Assembly: GCA_963747695.1 (NCBI GenBank)
Contig: CAVVFV010000008.1
Coordinates: 139,592-203,591, forward strand
Origin: Candidatus Falkowbacteria bacterium
GTDB lineage: Bacteria; Patescibacteriota; Patescibacteriia; Patescibacteriales; WJLG01
Length of the DNA: 64,000 bases
Reading direction: 5' to 3'
Below, in pieces: positions 25,276-33,114 of this stretch. The notes under the pieces are model-generated. The model did not search any database. It worked only from the letters and a program-made list of their open reading frames with translations, and was not told where the DNA came from. The translations under genes and the position numbers were made by a program. Every line of letters starts with the position of its first letter. The first letter of the stretch is position 1.

Positions 25276-26741
25276 CACAGAAAATACTAAGCCCTTTTTC
25301 AGGCAAAATTTTTAACGCTTCGCGAAGCGAAGCGTAAGGTTTGATGGGCACAAATTTAAGTTTTTGATTTATCAAAAACAAGTTCGAGCCGAAGATTTTT
25401 TGGAGATGTGCCTTTTTGGCACATAGATCGTCATTGGTTGCTGTTTTAGCAAGCAATGACGCATCTTTTATCCATTCCCGCATCGGTTCGAGCCAAGTTC
25501 CGGCGTTCTGTTCTAAGCGGGCTATTTGCTCCTCGAGCGACCTCTTTTGCGAGATGACGGCCTTCCGACGGTTTAGGTAGTCTTCCCGCTCGATATCTTG
25601 GGCCAGATAGAGGTCGGTGAGCCGCTCGAGGTTGCGGGATAGGCCTTGTGTCTTCTCCCGCAAGTCCTGGACGAATACCGCCGTTTTCTGCCCTAATTCT
25701 ATCTCTTCCTCATTTGTCCTCCTCGTGAGTTCATTAGCTATATTTTCCGGCATTGAAAATTCAGATAATAGATTTGATAGCTCGGAAACTAAAATCTCTT
25801 CTCTAACATACGATTGAGAACATTTGACTGTTGTTGATTTTTTGGTACAGCGGTAATAGGTATGAGATTTTTGGACTTCAGCGGTAATCATTTTTCCGCA
25901 CTCGCCGCAATGCAATAGACCGCATAAGGGTTTGGGGTCGTTTCCGGTTCTCTGCGGATGACCTCTATCAATCAAAACATTTTGGACTTTATCCCATAAC
26001 CGCTTCTCAATGAGCGGTTTATGCTTGCCCTCATAGATATCGCCGTTATATCTAAATACGCCGTAATAGAAAGGATTGGAGAGAATAAACTTAGCTCTGT
26101 CCTTGTGTAGCGGTTTATCGCCCGCGCTTTTAACACCTTGCTTAAAAAGAAAGTTGGAAATATCCTCGAGGCGATAATTACCTTTGGAGTAGAGCTCAAA
26201 GGCGGCTCGGATGATTTTTGATTTTCTTCGGTCAACGATAATCGTTTTAGCCCGCACGTCGTTTAAGATAGCCTGTCGGAGCTGTGCCGGGAAAGTGTCC
26301 CAGTCGCGCCTTCTGTCTAAGCCCGCGGCTCGTGTTGGAGCTTAGGTCGCGGATGAACTGATTGGCCATACCTAATTCAACGGCCATCAACAGGACGTTA
26401 TCGTTAGGTCGATAGCTTTTGTCCGGCATCAGGATATGTTCAATGATGCTCTGCTGGATCATCCAGCTTATTTGTCCGCCGTCCACCGGATTGCGCGCCA
26501 GACGGTCAAGCTTCCAGCAGACAATCCCCTTGGCTTCGCCCTTGTTAATCCGTTTAAGCATCTCGTTAAAAACCGGTCGGCCCGGAGCTTTGGCCGATTG
26601 TTTTTCTACGAATTCGCGGATTATCTCGATATGTTCGGCCTTGGCCAGTTGGCGCAGTTCGACGAGCTGGGCTTCAATGGACAAAACCTGTTTGTCCTCG
26701 ACATCAGTTGATTTGCGGGCGTAGAGGAAATAGTTTGGCAT
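25250..26741 (-). pseudogene. large serine recombinase, split by a frameshift near 26247..26257
   Basis: The N-terminal resolvase domain (MPNYFLYARKSTDVEDKQVLSIEAQ.., 26741..26247) ends ..PTGYLKRRAG*. The overlapping frame continues (V)RAKTIIVDRRKSKIIRAAFELY.. with the recombinase domain, the zinc ribbon CGECG..YYRC and a coiled coil. The last 26 nt overlap the antisense of tRNA-Gln. Confidence 0.75.
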
Positions 26742-26755
26742 AGTATTTAGCTTAG

Positions 26756-26771
26756 TGGCGTTATAACGCCA
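26756..26771. promoter_or_regulatory. 16-bp perfect palindrome in divergent promoter region (candidate operator)
   Basis: tggcgtta|taacgcca lies between the recombinase start (26741, minus) and the HTH gene start (26817, plus). Confidence 0.4.
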
Positions 26772-26816
26772 TATAGAATAATAATAACACAATTGATAGG
26801 ATATACAATAACAACT

Positions 26817-27020
26817 ATGGATATTTCAAAAAAATTCGGCAAAGCAGTTAGAGCGGCACGCCTTGAAAAAGGAATGTCTCAGGGAGATTTGGCGTTAAAA
26901 TTAAAGGTTGACGCTTCTTATATTAGTAAGATAGAGCGAGGCATACAAAATATGTCACTTGAAGGTGTGGAAAAAATAGCCAAAGCATTGAGTGTGCCAA
27001 TAGTAGAATTAATTAAATGA
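26817..27020 (+). CDS. XRE-family HTH protein resembling R-M controller (C) proteins
   Basis: MDISKKFGKAVRAARLEKGMSQGDLALKLKVDASYISKIERGIQNMSLEGVEKIAKALSVPIVELIK. Its stop overlaps the next start (ATGA). The ORF track starts 8 codons earlier. Confidence 0.8.
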   Translation: MDISKKFGKAVRAARLEKGMSQGDLALKLKVDASYISKIERGIQNMSLEGVEKIAKALSVPIVELIK

Positions 27021-28417
27021 TTATGGACGACGAAAATTTTATAAAAATAAGTCAGCTTACTATTAGTAATTCTTATAATCAGAATTACAAACCATTTATA
27101 AAAACATTAATATTGACCCGCTTACCTTTTTTGAAAAGGAACGAGCTTTTTATGCGCGGGATACAGATAGGGATGCTCGATAGTTTGTCAAAAATGCAGG
27201 ATAACTTAAGAGAATTTAATTCAAAACTATCTTCTTCACTTTCAGCGCTTGAAACGAAAAATCTAGAAAAAAATATTCTTATTCAAAATGAATGGATAAG
27301 AACTATACAAACCATAGCAGACGGGATAGCTTGGCGTAGCTTTAATTTTGATAGACCAATTTTGCGCCACTTATCTGATAATAAATCTCCGGGGCATATA
27401 TCCCAACTTGGACAAGGATTTGATTATCTAGAAACTTTAAAGAAATTTTTAAGAACTTTCAATGGATTCCCGATCGTTAATGATCTAACACGTATTCTTC
27501 GTATCGGAGACTTTACTGTTTTTTATCCTCAAAATAAACAGATGATTTATGAGATAAAAGAAAAAGGAAAAAAGATTTTTAATGTCGGACAGATTTTCTA
27601 CGAGATTAAACGAAGCAAAAAAATACCAAATCCGCAGAAATGGAGGCAACTTACCGCACAGATGTCTATCATAGAAAGAAAGGTTAGGCTCATAACAAAA
27701 AAAGATGGTTCTGTCCAGGATAATTTTGAAGTAGATATTGTGGATTTAAAATTCCCCATAAAAAATCACTTTCGCAAACTAAAAAAACTAATAAGGGTTG
27801 CTGATAGGGAAGGAATAGCCGCTATGACGGTTGAGGATGGGTATTTTATACAAGTTGTTGCCGTGGATAAAATGAAGAATGAGAAAATTGCCCAACATGT
27901 TTCCGCAAAGTTTAAAACAAATTATCCTAAGTGGGTAAAAAACAATCCAAACATTTTTTCTCTAACGAATTATGATAGCTTTTATCAAGAAGGGGGAGAG
28001 TTTACTAGAAATATTATTCCATATTCTGTTTTACCTTTATCAGCACGAAACTGCGTTCGTTTAATGATGGGGCATCTTTGGATAACGGTAATCATTGATA
28101 CGTCTATAATAAAGAAAAAGCTATTAAAACTTAATTGGAAAGTTTCTGAAGGAGAAATTCCCGATCAGCTCCCAGCGGGGGCAACGTTAAAACAAAAAGT
28201 GGATAGTGAAAAATTTTTTGAGATAAAAAAGGACGATGAAAATGGCACATTTACCAGCAATCTGACTATAAGCGAGATAATGATTGCTTTATCGTCATTC
28301 TATAGTTTTGATTTTCTGATAGATTCGTTGGAATTCTCTTATCATGAAGCAAGGCGAACAAAAAGGTCTGGGTATGTAACGAAAAATTATCTCGGTGAAC
28401 AAAAATTGTTAATTTAG
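27017..28417 (+). CDS. hypothetical 466-aa protein, possible PD-(D/E)xK-type nuclease
   Basis: Translationally coupled to the HTH gene. The only motif seen is RIGDFTVFYPQNKQMIYEIKEKG (D-x13-E-x-K). No P-loop, no TM. Confidence 0.6.
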   Translation: MIMDDENFIKISQLTISNSYNQNYKPFIKTLILTRLPFLKRNELFMRGIQIGMLDSLSKMQDNLREFNSKLSSSLSALETKNLEKNILIQNEWIRTIQTIADGIAWRSFNFDRPILRHLSDNKSPGHISQLGQGFDYLETLKKFLRTFNGFPIVNDLTRILRIGDFTVFYPQNKQMIYEIKEKGKKIFNVGQIFYEIKRSKKIPNPQKWRQLTAQMSIIERKVRLITKKDGSVQDNFEVDIVDLKFPIKNHFRKLKKLIRVADREGIAAMTVEDGYFIQVVAVDKMKNEKIAQHVSAKFKTNYPKWVKNNPNIFSLTNYDSFYQEGGEFTRNIIPYSVLPLSARNCVRLMMGHLWITVIIDTSIIKKKLLKLNWKVSEGEIPDQLPAGATLKQKVDSEKFFEIKKDDENGTFTSNLTISEIMIALSSFYSFDFLIDSLEFSYHEARRTKRSGYVTKNYLGEQKLLI

Positions 28418-28430
28418 CAAGTCTAGAAGT

Positions 28431-29001
28431 CATCTCCAAAAAATCTTCGGCTCGAACTTGTTTTTGATAAATCAAAAACTTAAATTTGTGCCCATCAAAC
28501 CTTACGCTTCGCTTCGCGAAGCGTTAAAAATTTTGCCTGAAAAAGGGCTTAGTATTTTCTGTGCTCATCTCTATGACCTCGCTCGAGGATATTTTTTAGA
28601 GAATTCCTGACCCAAAATATAGCCGTCTAACTGCCGCCAGCTAGCGGCCATTTTCCCGTTTTACGCTCAAAGCAAGGGGGCCAACTAGGTGAACAGCTAT
28701 ATGAACAGCTGTATGAACGACTAGTTGAACCCGGGTTCAACTAGCAGACACCGATTTAAGCAGTTATCCTAGCCAAATTCTATTTTCAAAAATGAGTGAC
28801 TATTACTCCGACAACGGAATCAACTGAACGACAAATATATATTATTACTACACTAAGACATTACGACTAAACTACAAATTATAATTACTACTTAAACCAA
28901 TTATACTAAATACAAATATTAATTACAGATATTATTTAATTTCAGATACTACTTTCCAACTACTGGCCAAAACCAAGAAAAAAATGGGGAATGAGGGGAA
29001 A
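28431..29001. repeat. 571-bp inverted-repeat copy (X' + tg core + B') containing an attP-type junction
   Basis: 28431..28561 is the exact reverse complement of 25278..25408. 28564..29001 is the reverse complement of 37089..37526: the outer ~300 bp are identical and the inner ~140 bp carry scattered mismatches and one small indel. Confidence 0.85.
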
Positions 29002-29175
29002 GCCCATCGCCCCGACATAGGTCGGGGCGAGATTGATGGCCCAGGAAACGAAGAGTGTAATAGATACAATCGAACCAGCGACTATTTAAGTAAAAGGCTC
29101 CGACAAAGGGGGTGCCTTTTACTTTGACATTGAAAGAAAATTGTGGTAATATGCGACAATAATAAAGAATAATGT

Positions 29176-30000
29176 ATGGCAAAAAAGATTTTAACATTCT
29201 ATGTTCACCAAATCGTTGTTGAGGGCTTGAATAGTTTTGATTGTTCAACCTTTGGTGCTATAAAAGATTTTGACACCGAAACCCAAGAGATGAAGGAAAT
29301 TGAGGATGGGAAAGACGAAATATTATCCGTAAAAAAGGTGTCAAAAAGTATTCATGAAGACAGATTTGTCGCCATATATTTTAATATTGGTGATAAATAT
29401 CCGTATTCATCAAAGGTTGTTAATGAAAGTCTGTGTGAACAGGATAATCCAAGAGCGCCTGATTTAATCGAATTAGACGAGCAACTTTTTGCATTAGTTG
29501 ATGTTGAAAAGCAACGCCTATGGATATCTAACCAACAAAAAAAGGGTGATATAAGAATTTGGCTAGAAAATAAATTAGGCAAAAAGGTGACTGTAAAATC
29601 TATAATAAAGGACGGAGAATTTATTAACAAGATTAAATCAGTTCGAGAAATTTCCTTTTCTGTTACGCCAAATATATTTAATTCCCCTGGTCAAAATACT
29701 CTTTCAAGTCGCTTGATTGATGATATGTATGGATTTGGTGCCAAAGAAGCAAGATTGTGTTTAAAATATGAAAATTCAAAAATTAGTGATAAAATAAAAC
29801 AGAAGATAAGTGATCTGTTAAAGCGACAAGTTGATTTTAAAGATATTACGGTTATTGGGTATAGTGATGAAAATCTTGAAAGCACGTTTAATATGAATGA
29901 AATAACCAGTAAGATTTTAATTGATTTGCCGGTAGATGAAAAGACAAAGTTGCTAGATTCTGCTGAGGTTTTTGCGAGTTTAATTAGCAAGATTAAATAA
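29176..30000 (+). CDS. hypothetical soluble protein (274 aa), island cargo
   Basis: Clean ORF, Lys/Asp/Glu-rich, no TM and no motif recognised. Followed after 6 nt by a 4-TM protein gene. Confidence 0.6.
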   Translation: MAKKILTFYVHQIVVEGLNSFDCSTFGAIKDFDTETQEMKEIEDGKDEILSVKKVSKSIHEDRFVAIYFNIGDKYPYSSKVVNESLCEQDNPRAPDLIELDEQLFALVDVEKQRLWISNQQKKGDIRIWLENKLGKKVTVKSIIKDGEFINKIKSVREISFSVTPNIFNSPGQNTLSSRLIDDMYGFGAKEARLCLKYENSKISDKIKQKISDLLKRQVDFKDITVIGYSDENLESTFNMNEITSKILIDLPVDEKTKLLDSAEVFASLISKIK

Positions 30001-30006
30001 ACGAGT

Positions 30007-30474
30007 ATGAAGAAAAAAATAATATTTTCATCATTAATTTTCGTTTTAATAATTTTGGTGCAAAGAATTTGTTTATCAGGCGAAAAATTTAATGCATCCG
30101 TCGTTGGCGATGTTATAACGTTTCTCTCGATTACTTTTGGTTTTTATATTACTAGCTTGGCGATCTTTATGACGTCTCAATTTGTTGCCGATTTATACAA
30201 GGTGGTCGATAAGGATGACAATTCCTCAACGCTTTTGCATAAGCTCATGAGTAATTATAAATTTGGGTTAATGCTAACATTAATTTCCTTGATGTATTTC
30301 ATTGCTATTGATTTTTTTGTGAAGCCAGATGTTAATAGTGAAATATCTTTCATGTCTATTCCTGCATATCCAATTCTCGCCTTTTTGATTCTTAATTTTG
30401 CCTTTTGTTTTATTATGTTGGGTGACTTGGTAAATGTTATAATACAGGAGGGTAAAATTCGAACAAAGCAGTAA
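30007..30474 (+). CDS. hypothetical 4-TM membrane protein (155 aa), island cargo
   Basis: Four hydrophobic helices (IIFSSLIFVLIILV, ITFLSITFGFYITSLAIFM, FGLMLTLISLMYFIAIDFF, AYPILAFLILNFAFCFIML). Confidence 0.6.
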   Translation: MKKKIIFSSLIFVLIILVQRICLSGEKFNASVVGDVITFLSITFGFYITSLAIFMTSQFVADLYKVVDKDDNSSTLLHKLMSNYKFGLMLTLISLMYFIAIDFFVKPDVNSEISFMSIPAYPILAFLILNFAFCFIMLGDLVNVIIQEGKIRTKQ

Positions 30475-30502
30475 TGCTGATATTGCATTTATTACGGTTA
30501 TG

Positions 30503-30536
30503 AAAACTCCTTTTTTAAAGAAAGGAGTTTTTTTTA
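30503..30536 (+). terminator. rho-independent terminator
   Basis: aaaactccttt-ttttaaag-aaaggagtttttttt. It separates the 2-gene cassette from the mod operon. Confidence 0.65.
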
Positions 30537-30628
30537 ATCAATAATATTTATAAATAATTATGTAATTTTCGCTTGATTTTTGGTTTTAAAAGTGGTAAAC
30601 TTGAAATTCAATTATAAATATAAAAAAT

Positions 30629-32512
30629 ATGAACTCACTAATTTACGAATTGCCAAAAATAGTTGACGAGGGCAAGAAGGAAGTGGAAAAAATTCTAGAA
30701 AGATTGTCGGGCTCAAATAAATTGGCACTCCAAACCAATGAAATAGTTTTGCCGGCCAAGGATAGCGATAATCTTTGGAGCGGGCAAATGCCGAAGGTCA
30801 ACGAGGGGGAATGGATGAATCGTTTGGTCTATGGCGATAATTTGCTGGTGATGCAGGCGCTTTTGGCTGGCGATTTAGAATCTGGTTTGCCTTCAATGCG
30901 CGGAAAAATTGATTTAATTTATATTGATCCGCCGTTTGACAGTAAGGCGGATTACCGGACTAAGGTGACATTGCCCGGGGCGGACTTGGAACAGAAACCG
31001 ACAGTGATTGAACAATTCGCTTATGCCGATACCTGGAAAGACGGTACCGTTTCTTATCTTAAGATGCTTTATCCGCGGTTGGCTTTAATGAAAGAACTTT
31101 TGTCTGACAAGGGTTCAATTTATGTCCATATTGATTGGCATGTCGGGCATTATGTCAAAATTTTATTGGATGATATTTTTGGGAAAAACAACCTCGTTAA
31201 TGAAATAATATGGAAATATCATGTTGGAACAACTCCACTGAAAGGACTAGGGAAAAAGCATGACAATATTTTGTTTTATAAAAAATCGAATGAATTTAAG
31301 TTTAATTTATGGAGGGAGGCAATACCGGAAGAAAGAATAAAGGATTATAAATACACCGATGAAAATGGAAGAAAGTATAGATTGGGTGGAAATAATGACA
31401 ATACCGTATACTATCTCGACAATGGTAAGGCGGCCACTGACGTATGGACGGATATAAATATTATTAATAAATCGGCAAAGGAAAGGCTTGATTATGGTAC
31501 GCAGAAGCCTCAAAAATTAATCGAAAGAATAATTGAGCAATCGTCTGATAAGAATGATATAGTTGTAGATTTATTCGCTGGTTCTGGCACGACAGCGGCG
31601 GCTGCGGAAAAATTAGGAAGAAGATGGATTGTATCAGATATTGGCAAGCCAGCAAGCTTGGTAATGCGCAAACGCTTAATTGATCAAAATTCAAAACCAT
31701 TTTTATATCAATCTATCGGTGATTATCAAAAAGAGGCCTTGTCTTCTTCTAAACTTTACCGCCGCGTTGGTGATTTAGCGCACGTCGTCCTGCAGCTTTT
31801 TGGCGCTATTCCTTTCCCTGACGATCAAAATCCAAATCGCAATCTCGGCTACATTAAAGAAAGTCGGACCTTGGTAATGGTAGATTCGCCGAATAAGCTG
31901 ACCGGCTTGGCCACGCTTAAAAAAGCACAAGAATATAAAAATTCTTTTCTTGGCGGCTGGAACAAGGTAGTCGTCTTGGGTTGGAATTTTACTTATGATA
32001 TTACCGAGGCTATTCAATTAACTGGCGATGATAAATTGGATGTTTTAGTCATTCCGCCAGACTTGTTGGATAAATTAAAAACTAAAGCGAGCTATCAGGA
32101 TTTGATTAGCAGTGGAAAGATTAGATTTTCTTCCTTGCAATATTTATCTGTTAAGCCAATAACAGTTGAACCGGCTGGCGAACAGGAAAAATTAGTGATT
32201 GAGTTGGATAATTATGTATTGCTTTCCCCGGACAATATCCCTTTGGACGATAAAGACAAAGAGAAGTTAAAAGAAATAATCGCTAAGGATTCACTGGCTT
32301 TAATTGAATATTGGAGCGTTGATCCCGATTATGACGGCATTACTTTTCGGAGTAAGTGGCAGGATTATCGCGAGAACGAAGCCAATGACGGCGATCCATA
32401 TCATGTTGTCACTAAAACGCAATTAACCGTGCCAAAAACGACCAACCGAAAAGTTTGCGTTAAAGCGGTTGATGTCTTTGGCTTTGAAAGCATTGTTATC
32501 GAAAAACTATGA
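30629..32512 (+). CDS. mod: Type III R-M DNA methyltransferase (Mod), beta-class N6/N4 amino-MTase
   Basis: 627 aa. Motif [11 protein letters not shown] precedes motif [21 protein letters not shown], with a central variable region. Located upstream of a Res-type helicase-nuclease. Confidence 0.8.
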   Translation: MNSLIYELPKIVDEGKKEVEKILERLSGSNKLALQTNEIVLPAKDSDNLWSGQMPKVNEGEWMNRLVYGDNLLVMQALLAGDLESGLPSMRGKIDLIYIDPPFDSKADYRTKVTLPGADLEQKPTVIEQFAYADTWKDGTVSYLKMLYPRLALMKELLSDKGSIYVHIDWHVGHYVKILLDDIFGKNNLVNEIIWKYHVGTTPLKGLGKKHDNILFYKKSNEFKFNLWREAIPEERIKDYKYTDENGRKYRLGGNNDNTVYYLDNGKAATDVWTDINIINKSAKERLDYGTQKPQKLIERIIEQSSDKNDIVVDLFAGSGTTAAAAEKLGRRWIVSDIGKPASLVMRKRLIDQNSKPFLYQSIGDYQKEALSSSKLYRRVGDLAHVVLQLFGAIPFPDDQNPNRNLGYIKESRTLVMVDSPNKLTGLATLKKAQEYKNSFLGGWNKVVVLGWNFTYDITEAIQLTGDDKLDVLVIPPDLLDKLKTKASYQDLISSGKIRFSSLQYLSVKPITVEPAGEQEKLVIELDNYVLLSPDNIPLDDKDKEKLKEIIAKDSLALIEYWSVDPDYDGITFRSKWQDYRENEANDGDPYHVVTKTQLTVPKTTNRKVCVKAVDVFGFESIVIEKL

Positions 32513-33000
32513 ACGAAAAAGAAAGAGAAGAATTGTTCGAAAAAGTTAAGAACGAAGCTGAAGTATTTTATAAAAAACTTGAGCCGATTTCTTGTCCGTA
32601 TTTAAGAAAAAAGATTAATTTCAATGCTAAGGGGCTAGATCATATTAAAATGAAAGCCTGGAATAAAACTCGACCGACTTCAGATCAATATTTAAGGTTG
32701 AAATTTTTAAAATTAGTTCCGGCAGTGCTGGCGGCGGCCGGAACCTTGCAAGAGCTTCATGAAAAAAATAATATGGAGAGATTAAAGCTTACCGGCAAGT
32801 GGCAATTTAAAATGGTGCCGGTAAAATATTACGGTTTTGTCGCCATTGTTAATGATGTAAAAATTAAAGTTATCATAAAAGAGATAGAAGCTGTGCCGCC
32901 ATATTTTTGGAGTATAATTCCGTTCTGGAAAACGAAAAACAATGAAATAACCGGGGAAATAAAAAAAGTCTTCCATGAGGGAGACCTTGAGAATGACTAG
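32509..33000 (+). CDS. hypothetical 163-aa protein inserted between mod and res
   Basis: Its start overlaps the mod stop (ATGA). No motif recognised. Confidence 0.55.
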   Translation: MNEKEREELFEKVKNEAEVFYKKLEPISCPYLRKKINFNAKGLDHIKMKAWNKTRPTSDQYLRLKFLKLVPAVLAAAGTLQELHEKNNMERLKLTGKWQFKMVPVKYYGFVAIVNDVKIKVIIKEIEAVPPYFWSIIPFWKTKNNEITGEIKKVFHEGDLEND

Positions 33001-33114
33001 AAAACTTTTTTTAGCCTGATACTTGTCTGCGGTTTTATGTATTTAACCGCGGGAGAACTAGGTCCTCACAAATATCATTGTTATTATTATAACACATTTT
33101 TTTTAAAAATCAAT

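Noticed and set aside
28266-29248. ORFs 28266..28475 (-) and 28949..29248 (-) in the inverted-repeat region.
   Set aside because: They span repeat arms and hairpins. The only meaningful frame there is the plus-strand copy of the recombinase C-terminus (28431..28610), which lacks a start and is treated as part of the att-bearing repeat.
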